A stretch of 64,000 nt of DNA from Thermotogota bacterium (GTDB taxonomy: Bacteria; Thermotogota; Thermotogae; Petrotogales; Petrotogaceae), in NCBI GenBank assembly GCA_051748045.1, contig JBNJGY010000001.1, forward strand, positions 1 through 64,000, written 5' to 3'. The notes beneath the pieces are model-generated. The model ran no database searches, had not been told where the DNA came from, and saw only the letters and a program-made list of their open reading frames with translations. How positions within the stretch are numbered: position 1 is the stretch's first letter; the number at the start of each line of letters is the position of its first letter. Positions 29,100 through 38,909 of the stretch are shown in pieces. The position numbers were made by a program, and so were the translations under genes.

Positions 29100-30176
29100 T
29101 CATCCTTTAAAAGAATCTTTTGTTTTTATATAAGATTCATAAGTTATGTTCTTATTATTATATAATTCACTTAATTGATCTTCATATGAGAAATACATGT
29201 TTGAAGATACCAAGAGATCTCCACTTGATTTTATTAAATCAAATATTTTTTCATTTATTTGCAAATATTCAAAAACTGTTAAATATCCGTCTTGTCCTGT
29301 ATAAAAACATTTTTTGCACCCTTTCCCGCTGCATTCATTACAAATTTTTGGGATTAATCTTTGATTTATTATCAAATCACAATTAGTTTTTATTTGTTCT
29401 TCACTTATCCCTAAACTATTTAATCTTTTTAAAGCTTTTATGACATTTTGAGAATGTAAAGAAGCAACTAATGAATGTCCAGTTGTCGCAGAATCGAATA
29501 ATAATTTAGCAAAATATTCTTCTCTAACTTCTCCAATTTGTATAATTTCAGGGTCTTGTCTTAAAATATATTTCAAGATATCTGATTGATCTTCTTGATC
29601 TATGTTTATTTGTATTATATTCTCATTTATATATTCAACTGGGTTTTCAATTGAATGGACTTTATAATCATTTTTTATTTTGTTAATTATATAAGCCATA
29701 GTTGTCGATTTTCCCGCTCCTGTAGGACCAGAAAAAATAGTCACTTTTGCTTTACTTTGTATTGACCTTAGTATTTTAGACTCTAAATCTTCAGGTATAT
29801 TAACAAAAACTTCGTTTATATTTTGTAGTCTTCTTATAACAAGAGATACACCATTTACAGATTTCATAAAAGATACTCTGAAATTTAATCCATTATATTC
29901 AAAACTACCATCTGTATTTTTGGTGTCATTTATTATGTCTTTACCAGTTTGAAGTAAAATTAAATTGACTAATTCTTCATATGTTTCTTTTTTTATATCT
30001 TTGAATTTTAGAAGTTCTCCAGAATATCTTATTTTTACCTTAACATTATCTTTTGTGGGTTCAAAATGGTAATCTGTTATTCTTTTATCAGAAAAATTAA
30101 AACCAAGTTGGTTTAGCCCACCAAATATATCGTATGTATCTAATTCTTCATATAATTTATAAAAATCATTACTCAT
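29100..30176 (-). CDS. GspE/PilB/ComGA-family secretion ATPase
   Basis: GPTGAGKST, IENPVE, LRQDPEIIQIGEVR, TGH...LH and CxxC...CxxC. Confidence 0.88.
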   Translation of the reverse strand: MSNDFYKLYEELDTYDIFGGLNQLGFNFSDKRITDYHFEPTKDNVKVKIRYSGELLKFKDIKKETYEELVNLILLQTGKDIINDTKNTDGSFEYNGLNFRVSFMKSVNGVSLVIRRLQNINEVFVNIPEDLESKILRSIQSKAKVTIFSGPTGAGKSTTMAYIINKIKNDYKVHSIENPVEYINENIIQINIDQEDQSDILKYILRQDPEIIQIGEVREEYFAKLLFDSATTGHSLVASLHSQNVIKALKRLNSLGISEEQIKTNCDLIINQRLIPKICNECSGKGCKKCFYTGQDGYLTVFEYLQINEKIFDLIKSSGDLLVSSNMYFSYEDQLSELYNNKNITYESYIKTKDSFKG

Positions 30177-31275
30177 AATCACTATTTTCATTTAAATATT
30201 TATTTAATTTTGTTATTTCATCTGCGACTACAGTTTTACCAAATTGTCTATATAAAGCTGGTTGTTCATATAAATCTAAGTAATTGTCTTCTCCAGGGAG
30301 TTTGTCATAACCAGAAGCGACAACAGTTACTTTAATTACTTCTGGGGGAAGTTCAACAGTAGAAATACCCATTTTCAATTTCGCATCATCTATCGCATAT
30401 GATCTTAAGATTTCATTTATTATTCTAACGTCTTCTGTTGTTGGGTTTTTACCTGCTATGTTTACTAATGCTGCAGTTGCATTTCTCACTTGATCTTCTA
30501 AGAGTTTTGAATTCAAAGCATTTTTAATAGCTTCTTCAGATCTTCTTTCGCCTTTTGCAACACCTATACCTAACATAGCTGAACCTTTTATTTTCAAAAC
30601 TGATGCTACATCTGCAAAATCAAGATTAATAATACCAGGTTTTGTTATCAAATCAGAAATACCTGTTATGGCTTGATATAAAATATCATCAGCTTTTTCA
30701 AAAGCTTTATCTATTGGTATATTTTCTCCATTATCTATTAATTTATCGTTTGATATTTTTATTAAACTATCAACTGATCTTTTTAAATTTTGTAAACCAT
30801 CTAAAGCCAACCTTTCTTTTGTTGAACCTTCAAAATGAAATGGCATTGTAACTATCGCTACTGTTAAAATATCCATTTGGGTAGCTAATTCAGCAATAAT
30901 TGGAGAAGCTCCAGTCCCGGTTCCTCCTCCTAGGCCTGCAGTTATAAAAAGTAAATCAGTTTCTTTTAACCATTCTTTTATTTCTTCTTTGCTTTCTATC
31001 GCAGATTCTCTTCCTTTAGCAGGGTCTCCTCCTGCTCCAAGTCCTCTTGTCAACTCTTTTCCTAGTTGGAGTTTGTTGTCAGCATCTAAATTTTCTAAAA
31101 CTTGCACATCTGTATTAGCAGCGATCAATTCAACATCGTCTACACCTTTTCTTATCATTCTTTGAACTGCATTGTTTCCAGCGCCGCCTACACCAACTAC
31201 TTTTATTTTATAATTTGATTTTTTATTAAATAAAGGTCCTTTTTTTTGAATTTCATCCATTTCAAAAGGCATCAT
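30169..31275 (-). CDS. ftsZ: Cell division protein FtsZ
   Basis: GVGGAGNNA, GGGTGTG and INLDFADV. Confidence 0.97.
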   Translation of the reverse strand: MMPFEMDEIQKKGPLFNKKSNYKIKVVGVGGAGNNAVQRMIRKGVDDVELIAANTDVQVLENLDADNKLQLGKELTRGLGAGGDPAKGRESAIESKEEIKEWLKETDLLFITAGLGGGTGTGASPIIAELATQMDILTVAIVTMPFHFEGSTKERLALDGLQNLKRSVDSLIKISNDKLIDNGENIPIDKAFEKADDILYQAITGISDLITKPGIINLDFADVASVLKIKGSAMLGIGVAKGERRSEEAIKNALNSKLLEDQVRNATAALVNIAGKNPTTEDVRIINEILRSYAIDDAKLKMGISTVELPPEVIKVTVVASGYDKLPGEDNYLDLYEQPALYRQFGKTVVADEITKLNKYLNENSDYE

Positions 31276-32572
31276 CTTCACCACCAGTAAGTTTTTCTAT
31301 TAAATTTTTGAAAAACCCTTTCTTTTTTGCTTTTTCTTTTCTATTTTCAGAACTTTTTGATTTTGAATTTGATTTGTTTGGATTTTCTGTTTCTCTTCTT
31401 TCATTTTTGTCAATTCTATATCTTTCTAGTATTCCAAAAACAGGAATTAATTCGGAATCACCTTTTAACTCAGGATTTATTTCAAAATGACTATTTGGGG
31501 TTAAAACTCCTTTTCTAAAGTTTTCGCCCATAAGTTCTTTTATAGTTTGGTCAATATTCTTAATCTCAGCTCCTCCACCAGTAAATACTATACCACCTTG
31601 TAGAGCTCCTACTTCGAATGTTTTTTCATATCCGATTTTTGAAAGTTCTCCATTAAGTCTTGATATAATTTCTCTCATTCTAGCAAAAATTATTTTGTTT
31701 AATAAATTTTGAGATATGTATGAATCTCCTCTTCCAGCTATAGATTCAAAATCTACCTTTTTAATTGTTTTTGTATCTCTAAGGCATACTCCCTCTTCTA
31801 CTAACAATCTGTGTGCTTCTTCTTCTGATGTCTTTAAAACATTTGCTATATCTTTTAAAACATATTTTATTCCATAAGGAAACGCGTAATATAACTTTGG
31901 AATTCCATTTTTGAAAATAATTATTCTACACATATGATATCCAAAATCAATTACAGTTACCCCTATATCTCTATCATTTGCTGTTGTTACTGCATATGCA
32001 GATGATAAAGTAGTGTCATAAAAGGGTATTTCAGATTCATCTACTATACTTTTAAAAACATTAACAAGTAATGCAAACGAATTTTCTGTTACCCACACAA
32101 TATTCAAAGCTGTCGATAAAGACCTTTGCGCAAAAAAAGAGATTGGATTTCTTACACTTTTATCATCTATTATAAATTTCATGAAATTAGAATCCAATAT
32201 TAATTTGCTATCGTCTTGATATTTGCTAATTATATTTGTTTTAATTTTATTTAGATCACTTTCTTTTATTTCAGTTTTTTGCCCGTATTCAACAGTAAAA
32301 TTTTCTTGTGTTATGTATAATGAATTTGTTGAATAACCTACAACTATATCAATTCCTTTAACTTTCTTGGGAAGGCTTTGTTGTAATCTGTTTATTACTT
32401 TTTCTATAGTTTTTCTAATAGTTTCTACATCTTGTATTTCACCATTTATAATTCCATCTGTTTTTATTTTTTCATATGCCAAGGGTTTAAATTTATCAAA
32501 TTCTTCTTCGAATAATACTCCCTTGGTAAAATAGCTTCCTATATCAAGTCCAATAACGTAATTCTTAGGCAT
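31262..32572 (-). CDS. ftsA: Cell division protein FtsA
   Basis: GLDIGS, VIDFG and GIVFTGGGA; directly upstream of ftsZ. Confidence 0.9.
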   Translation of the reverse strand: MPKNYVIGLDIGSYFTKGVLFEEEFDKFKPLAYEKIKTDGIINGEIQDVETIRKTIEKVINRLQQSLPKKVKGIDIVVGYSTNSLYITQENFTVEYGQKTEIKESDLNKIKTNIISKYQDDSKLILDSNFMKFIIDDKSVRNPISFFAQRSLSTALNIVWVTENSFALLVNVFKSIVDESEIPFYDTTLSSAYAVTTANDRDIGVTVIDFGYHMCRIIIFKNGIPKLYYAFPYGIKYVLKDIANVLKTSEEEAHRLLVEEGVCLRDTKTIKKVDFESIAGRGDSYISQNLLNKIIFARMREIISRLNGELSKIGYEKTFEVGALQGGIVFTGGGAEIKNIDQTIKELMGENFRKGVLTPNSHFEINPELKGDSELIPVFGILERYRIDKNERRETENPNKSNSKSKSSENRKEKAKKKGFFKNLIEKLTGGEDDAF

Positions 32573-32582
32573 TATACCCCCC

Positions 32583-33053
32583 CTAATAATCTTCTTCTAT
32601 CAGTACTTTATTTATTAACAAATAATCCCCTGATTTAAATTTGCTTATATCAGGGTTCGACTTAAAGAATTCTTTCAATTCTTCTTTATCATAGTATTTT
32701 ATTCTAACTTTATTATAACAAATAATTTCATTTTTCTGAAAATCAATTTTAATTATATTGTGTATGCCTTCCATTTCTCTGATTATTTTTAATTCTTTAA
32801 TAAAGTCATTTGAGTAATTAACTATTGGTATTGAAGGATATTTTATATCATCTACATAAAGCATTTCTCCAAAAAAATCATGATAGAAGTATCTATTTTT
32901 ATATTCTACTGTATATAGAGGATTTGACTTTTTGATTGGATTACCATATAAATTATTCCCCCTATTTTTAAGGGGGAATAATATCAATATAATACTTGTA
33001 ACAAACATTATTAATAAAATAAGCTTAGCCATAAAAAATGACAGCTTCATCAA
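32583..33053 (-). CDS. Hypothetical bitopic membrane protein (FtsQ/DivIB position)
   Basis: Single N-terminal TM; lies between gyrB and ftsA. Confidence 0.6.
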   Translation of the reverse strand: MMKLSFFMAKLILLIMFVTSIILILFPLKNRGNNLYGNPIKKSNPLYTVEYKNRYFYHDFFGEMLYVDDIKYPSIPIVNYSNDFIKELKIIREMEGIHNIIKIDFQKNEIICYNKVRIKYYDKEELKEFFKSNPDISKFKSGDYLLINKVLIEEDY

Positions 33054-34975
33054 ACATCTAATTCCTTTACTTTATATGCATTGTCTTCAATAAATGTTCT
33101 TCTAAGAGATGGGTCATCTCCCATCAAAATATTTATAGTTTCATCAGCTAACTCAAGGTCTTCTATCTTAACTTTTAATAGTTTTCTGTGATCAACATCC
33201 ATTGTTGTGTCCCATAATTGGTCAGGATTCATTTCCCCTAAACCTTTATAACGTTGTAATTTCCATTTTTTACCTTTGTATTTTTCTTTCATTGCTTCTA
33301 ATTCTTCTTCTGTAAAAAGATAAATTTGTTGTTTGTCTACTTCTATTCTATATAGTGGTGGAACTGCTATATAAATATTTCCATTTTCAATTAATTGTCT
33401 CATGTATCTATAGAATAAAGTTAATAATAATGTTCTGATATGTGCACCATCAACGTCAGCATCTGTCATTATTATAATTTTACCATATCTCAGCTTTGAA
33501 ATGTCGAATTCTTCTCCTATACTTGTACCCAACGCGGTTGTTATATTTACAATTGTTTCACTTTTTAATAATCTTAATAAGTCTTTCTTTTCAGCATTAA
33601 TAATTTTCCCTCTCAATGGTAATATTGCTTGGAAATATCTATCTCTAGCTTGTTTTGCGTTACCTCCAGCTGAATCCCCTTCGACTATAAAAATTTCTGA
33701 TTCACTCAAATCTTTAGATAAACAATCAGCAAGTTTTCCTGGAAGTGTTGAATTTTCAAATATTGATTTTCTTTTAACGCTATCTCTAGCTCTTTTAGCA
33801 GCTAGTCTTCTTTTTGTTGCTATTTTAATTCTTTCAAAAATTTGTTTTGATTCTTTTTGATGAGAATCAAAATATATAGTAAGATATTCATTAACAATTT
33901 GATTTACAGCTTCTCTAGCAGCTTTTGAACCTAGTTTTCCTTTGGTTTGCCCTTCAAATATAGGTTCGGCCATTTTTATGTGTAAAATAGCTACAAGACC
34001 CTCTCTGACATCATCACCAGTAAAATTATCATCTTTTTCTTTTAAAACATTATACTTTCGTGCATAGTCATTACATAATCTTGTTAGAGCGGCTTTAAAA
34101 CCCGATTCATGTTCTCCACCATCTATAGTTCTTATATTATTTACAAAAGATATGATACTTGTTTCATCTGAATTTGTATAAACCATTTCAAGATCAAGTT
34201 GCATATCCGGTTCATCTTTTTTCACTTGATAAGAACCATTAATGCTTATTGATTCTGATATTGGGTTTTTCTTTTTCTTTTTTAGATTAAATTCTAAAAA
34301 CTCTTTTAATCCACCAGAAAAATGAAATTTTAATTTCTTATCTTTTTTTCTATCTTCAAATTCTATTGTCAATTCAGGATTTAAAAAAGCTATTTCTCTC
34401 AATCTAGTTTCAATTGAATGTGTATCAACAGCAATATCTCCATCTTCAAATATTTCCTGATCTGGTCTGAATTTTATATAGGTTCCATTTTGATCTGTTT
34501 CTCCAATTACCTGTACTGGCTCTTCTGGTACACCTCTAACATATTTTTGATAATGAATTTTTCCTTTTTGAAAAACTTTAACTATCATATATTCAGATAG
34601 AGCATTAACTACAGAAGCTCCTACACCATGAAGACCTCCTGAAACTTTATATGCTTTTTTATCAAATTTACCTCCAGCATGAAGTACTGTCATAACTACT
34701 TCAAGGGTAGATCTTTTCTCTGAAGGATGCATGTCTACAGGAATACCTCTACCATCATCTGTAACTTCTACACTATCATCAGCATTTAGAATTACTTTCA
34801 AATTTTTAGCATATCCATTTATATGCTCATCTATACCGTTATCTACTATTTCATAAACCATATGATTTAAACCAGCTTGAGAAGTAGAACCAATATACAT
34901 ACCAGGTCTCATCCTAACTGGTTCTAATCCCTTTAATACCTTAATCTGCTCACCAGAATACTCATTGTTCAACAT
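33050..34975 (-). CDS. gyrB: DNA gyrase subunit B
   Basis: VRMRPGMYIG, GGLHGVG, EGDSAGG, PLRGK, MTDADVDG and YKGLGEM. Confidence 0.96.
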   Translation of the reverse strand: MLNNEYSGEQIKVLKGLEPVRMRPGMYIGSTSQAGLNHMVYEIVDNGIDEHINGYAKNLKVILNADDSVEVTDDGRGIPVDMHPSEKRSTLEVVMTVLHAGGKFDKKAYKVSGGLHGVGASVVNALSEYMIVKVFQKGKIHYQKYVRGVPEEPVQVIGETDQNGTYIKFRPDQEIFEDGDIAVDTHSIETRLREIAFLNPELTIEFEDRKKDKKLKFHFSGGLKEFLEFNLKKKKKNPISESISINGSYQVKKDEPDMQLDLEMVYTNSDETSIISFVNNIRTIDGGEHESGFKAALTRLCNDYARKYNVLKEKDDNFTGDDVREGLVAILHIKMAEPIFEGQTKGKLGSKAAREAVNQIVNEYLTIYFDSHQKESKQIFERIKIATKRRLAAKRARDSVKRKSIFENSTLPGKLADCLSKDLSESEIFIVEGDSAGGNAKQARDRYFQAILPLRGKIINAEKKDLLRLLKSETIVNITTALGTSIGEEFDISKLRYGKIIIMTDADVDGAHIRTLLLTLFYRYMRQLIENGNIYIAVPPLYRIEVDKQQIYLFTEEELEAMKEKYKGKKWKLQRYKGLGEMNPDQLWDTTMDVDHRKLLKVKIEDLELADETINILMGDDPSLRRTFIEDNAYKVKELDV

Positions 34976-35282
34976 CAGTGCACCTCCGTATTACTTTAAT
35001 TTCTTTTACAATTTCTTCATCTAATTTTTTATTGATCTTTTCTATCAAATCGTTTGAGCTGAAAAGAATTTCTTGCATCACGACATTATCTTTGCAAGAA
35101 ACAATGAGTAATTTATCTCTACTGAAGTAGTTGTTTATTTCAGTATCTTCTTTCAAATTTTCATCAATTATTTCTTTCCAGATTTTTTTGATTTCATTTA
35201 TAGAATAAGATTTTTTTATTATCGGGTTTTTTTTAGATAATCTCTTTAAAAAATCACCTATTTTTTCTTCCAAATCATACAC
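34962..35282 (-). CDS. DUF721/DciA-family protein
   Basis: W..II pattern, L.V and QEI...LIEKIN motifs; directly upstream of gyrB. Confidence 0.7.
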   Translation of the reverse strand: MYDLEEKIGDFLKRLSKKNPIIKKSYSINEIKKIWKEIIDENLKEDTEINNYFSRDKLLIVSCKDNVVMQEILFSSNDLIEKINKKLDEEIVKEIKVIRRCTDVEQ

Positions 35283-36102
35283 CTTCCCAATTTGTTTGAT
35301 CTTCTAAAATGAATTCTTTCCAATTGTCCATTAGTGTTTCTGTCACTAGTCCTGGAACGGCAAAAGTAAAATCAGGAAAAATCCTTCTAACAGGTACTAC
35401 TCCCATTGAAGTGTGGGTTAAGAAAATTTCATCAGCTGATAACAATTCCCATGCTTCAACATTTTGTTTTTCTTCAACTTCCATACTCAAGCTTTTTGCC
35501 AAAGATATTATATTACTTCTTGTTATTCCTGGTAGAACTCCAGAAGAAATATGTGGAGTGATTAAAACGTTTGAATTCACATAAAAAATGTTAGAATAAG
35601 TACACTCAGTTACATAACCGTATTCATTTAACAAAATAGATTCATAAAAATAATCGTATTTATTATGAATGTATTTTATAAATCCGTTTAATGGAGTTTT
35701 TACATAATAAGGTATCACTGGAGAAAATGGTTTTCTTTCTCTAGCAATATTTATAACAACACCATCTTCAAATACTTCATTTTTAAACTCTAATCTTTCC
35801 ACAAAACAATAAAATGTATTTTTTAAAGAAGTTTGAGGAGTTATATATATTCTAAACCTATATTCAGGGTAGTCATGAATTCTAATAGCCTGGTTTATAA
35901 TTTCTAAGAAATTTTTAAATTCAGGTATTTCAAAATTCATAAAATCAGCTGATCTTTTGAGTCTTTTATAATGTTTTTTCATAGCAAATGGTACTTTTGA
36001 GTAGGTTCTAAATACTTCATATACTGAATTTCCGTTCATAAAACCTTGATCATCTGCGTTAATAAGTGGATATTCTATCCATTCTTTTCCATTAAAAAAC
36101 AT
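35275..36102 (-). CDS. Class IV aminotransferase (IlvE/PabC-like)
   Basis: G.SVYE.FR, HYKRL, E...SNIF and LPGITR. Confidence 0.85.
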   Translation of the reverse strand: MFFNGKEWIEYPLINADDQGFMNGNSVYEVFRTYSKVPFAMKKHYKRLKRSADFMNFEIPEFKNFLEIINQAIRIHDYPEYRFRIYITPQTSLKNTFYCFVERLEFKNEVFEDGVVINIARERKPFSPVIPYYVKTPLNGFIKYIHNKYDYFYESILLNEYGYVTECTYSNIFYVNSNVLITPHISSGVLPGITRSNIISLAKSLSMEVEEKQNVEAWELLSADEIFLTHTSMGVVPVRRIFPDFTFAVPGLVTETLMDNWKEFILEDQTNWEGV

Positions 36103-37372
36103 CTGAGACCACCCCTTCATTTATAACTTTTTTAATTTTGACTTCTTTAAAAATATTTTCTTCAAATTGTTTATTTTCTACGATATGATTTATATAGTAC
36201 TCATCATACCCTCTATTTTTTTCTTCAAGTAAAATCTTAACTTTTTTATCTATCATTTTAAAAAGATATTTTTCTGTAGATTTTTTTGATATTTCACTTA
36301 ATTTTTTATTTCTATCTTTTTTGATATTTCCAGGAACTTGTGGTTTTAGTCTTTCTGCTTTTGTATTTGGTCTAGCGGAAAATCGAAACCCATGAACTTT
36401 TAATAATCTATTATCTTTAATAAATTTTAATAATTCAGAAAAATCTTCTTCTGTTTCTCCAGGGAAACCCACAATGATATCTGCTGTTATTGAAAAATCT
36501 TCGTCATATTTCCTTAAATGGTTAAAAGCTTCTATAATATCCTTCTTTGTGTATTTTCTACCCATTTTTTCTAAAACATTGTTAGAAACATGTTGTAAAG
36601 AGAGATGTACATGATTTTCAAAAATTTCTGATTGATTTATTATTTTTGAAAACTCCTCATCAATCATGTCTGGATATAATGAACTAATTCTAATCCTGAT
36701 TTCTTTTTCTTTAAATTTAATTGCTATATCATTTATCAATTGTTTAAAATCGTAATCAGTTCCATATCCATAATAACCAAGATTTATACCTGTCAATACA
36801 ATTTCTTTAATACCTTTGTTTATAAAGTTGGATATTTTACTTAATATTATATTTTTTTCTACGCTTCTTATTTTTGTCCCTCTGGCAAAAATAATTCTAC
36901 AATAACTACAAGCGTTATAACAACCTTCTTCAATAGGCAAAAAAACTCTTGTCCTTTCTCCAAGAGGGTTATCTGGTATTTCTATTTTATCTTCTTTTCT
37001 TAACCAATAAGCCTTATCTACTATTATTCCTTCTTCATCTATTTTTTCATCAATATATTTTTTTTCCAAATTACCTAAAACTAAATCTGCGCCAATTTCT
37101 TTTATTTTTTTTGCATCTGTATGAGAATAACAACCAGTTGCAATTATTTTTATTTTAGGATTTTTTCTTTTTAATCGTCTTATTGTCTGTCTAATCTTTC
37201 TTTCAGCTTCAGAAGTAACTGTACAAGTATTTAATATATATAAATCACTGTCTCCATTTTTTTCATCAAAAATAATATCATAATTATTATTCCTTAATTT
37301 TTCAGCCATTTTTTCTGTTTCTGCTTGGTTTAACTTACAACCATATGTTATAAAAGATATTTTTTTATTCAT
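36092..37372 (-). CDS. mtaB: tRNA t6A37 methylthiotransferase MtaB
   Basis: TYGCKLNQAE, NTCTVT, GCYNACSYC and IIVGFPGETEEDF. Confidence 0.88.
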   Translation of the reverse strand: MNKKISFITYGCKLNQAETEKMAEKLRNNNYDIIFDEKNGDSDLYILNTCTVTSEAERKIRQTIRRLKRKNPKIKIIATGCYSHTDAKKIKEIGADLVLGNLEKKYIDEKIDEEGIIVDKAYWLRKEDKIEIPDNPLGERTRVFLPIEEGCYNACSYCRIIFARGTKIRSVEKNIILSKISNFINKGIKEIVLTGINLGYYGYGTDYDFKQLINDIAIKFKEKEIRIRISSLYPDMIDEEFSKIINQSEIFENHVHLSLQHVSNNVLEKMGRKYTKKDIIEAFNHLRKYDEDFSITADIIVGFPGETEEDFSELLKFIKDNRLLKVHGFRFSARPNTKAERLKPQVPGNIKKDRNKKLSEISKKSTEKYLFKMIDKKVKILLEEKNRGYDEYYINHIVENKQFEENIFKEVKIKKVINEGVVSDVF

Positions 37373-37826
37373 TTTCTTGTATTAATTCACCTCTTGCAGC
37401 TTGACTTAATAAGCCTATTCTTCTAATAATTCCTACAAGTCTATTTTCATCATCAACTACAGGAATAATTTTAAGTTTGTTTTTTATAATAACATCAGCG
37501 ACATGTAATACTGTATCATTAACATTAACTTTGAAAGGCTTACTCACCATGAATTCTGATACAGGTTTGTATAAAATCTTATTCAAACCTCTAAAAAATT
37601 GGTGAGAATCTGGAATAAAAGCACTACTTTCCATTAAACTTAAATATCCAGGAAGGGACGAACTTATAACTCCACTTTCACTAAGATATCCTAACAATTT
37701 AAAATTATCGTCTACAACAGGTAGAGCAGATAATCCATGTCTTTTACATATCATAATAAATCTTTCAATTGTTTCGTCTTCCATAATAGCAGTTAAATCT
37801 CTTTGCATGATATCTGAAGCTCTCAC
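37365..37826 (-). CDS. CBS domain protein
   Basis: Tandem CBS repeats (LPVVD, IPVVD). Confidence 0.88.
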   Translation of the reverse strand: MRASDIMQRDLTAIMEDETIERFIMICKRHGLSALPVVDDNFKLLGYLSESGVISSSLPGYLSLMESSAFIPDSHQFFRGLNKILYKPVSEFMVSKPFKVNVNDTVLHVADVIIKNKLKIIPVVDDENRLVGIIRRIGLLSQAARGELIQENE

Positions 37827-37839
37827 TAGAGTCCCTCCT

Positions 37840-38802
37840 TTATTTAAGTCTTTCTATTTTAAATTTACTTTTACAAATTTCTATTTCTTCTTCAGCTCCT
37901 AATATTTTCCCTATATAATTAGTAGAAGATATTGCAGCAGCCATTCCAAATTTTGCAGCTTCTAAATAATCATAACCTTTTTTTATTAAATATGTTACTA
38001 TTCCTGACATAAAAGCATCACCAGCGCCAAATAAATGAGATCTTTCTATTTCGTCAGTAGCAGTGAATAACCATGCACCGTCTTTAGTGAATACCATATC
38101 TCCTACAACATGATAACTCATTATAACAAGTCTTGCTCCATAATCTATAATACTTTGACCTACTTCTAAATAATCTTCTAATGATTCTAAATTATGACCT
38201 AATACTCTGGTACTTTTTCTCAAGTCTGGTTTAACTACCATAGGGCAATTATTTCTAATAGCTTCTTCAAAATGTGGCCCATTAGCTTCCATATAAGTTG
38301 TTTTGCCTTGTTTTTTAGCATAAGAAAATAAATCTGAATATATTGTTATCGGTAACCCTGGTGGAATTGACCCTGAAACTAATACATGATCAACCAAACT
38401 AGTTACAGATTTATATCTTTTCATAAAATGAGATAAATCGTCTTCATTAATAAAAGGCCCCATAGAATTGATTTCAGAAATTGTATTTTTTACAGGATCA
38501 ATTATTTCAATATTTTCTCTAGTTTCTTCTGTACAATATACAAAATTTGTTGTTATATTTTTTACTATAGATAATTTTGTTTGTAAAACATTTCCAATGA
38601 ATCCTCCAAGGAATCCCATATTTATAGAAGAAACCCCTAAATCTGCTGTCATTAACGATACATTAATTCCTTTACCCCCTGGTTCCATATCTGAATTTGA
38701 AGGGTTATTTATTCTAAATAGATTTCCACTTTCAAAATTTTCTATAACAAATTCTCTATCTAACGAAGGATTTAATGTTACAGCCAACAAATCGTATTCC
38801 AA
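37840..38802 (-). CDS. 1-phosphofructokinase-family (PfkB) sugar kinase
   Basis: TLNPSLD, GGKGINVS, SGSIPPG and GAGDAF. Confidence 0.88.
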   Translation of the reverse strand: MEYDLLAVTLNPSLDREFVIENFESGNLFRINNPSNSDMEPGGKGINVSLMTADLGVSSINMGFLGGFIGNVLQTKLSIVKNITTNFVYCTEETRENIEIIDPVKNTISEINSMGPFINEDDLSHFMKRYKSVTSLVDHVLVSGSIPPGLPITIYSDLFSYAKKQGKTTYMEANGPHFEEAIRNNCPMVVKPDLRKSTRVLGHNLESLEDYLEVGQSIIDYGARLVIMSYHVVGDMVFTKDGAWLFTATDEIERSHLFGAGDAFMSGIVTYLIKKGYDYLEAAKFGMAAAISSTNYIGKILGAEEEIEICKSKFKIERLK

Positions 38803-38868
38803 TTTAAAAACCCCCTAAAGTTTTCTTTTATAAATTATATCATATGTAGATTAACATATATATAATAT

Positions 38869-38904
38869 AACCAAAAGAAGCCGCTAACGCGGCTTCTTTT
38901 GGTT
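38869..38904 (-). terminator. Terminator after radical SAM gene
   Basis: aaccaaaagaagccgc-taac-gcggcttcttttggtt. Confidence 0.85.
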
Positions 38905-38909
38905 GTTTA

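Noticed and set aside
33050-34975. gyrB without adjacent gyrA as an anomaly, or as parE
   Set aside because: Split gyrA/gyrB loci are common, and the upstream DUF721/DciA gene supports gyrB.
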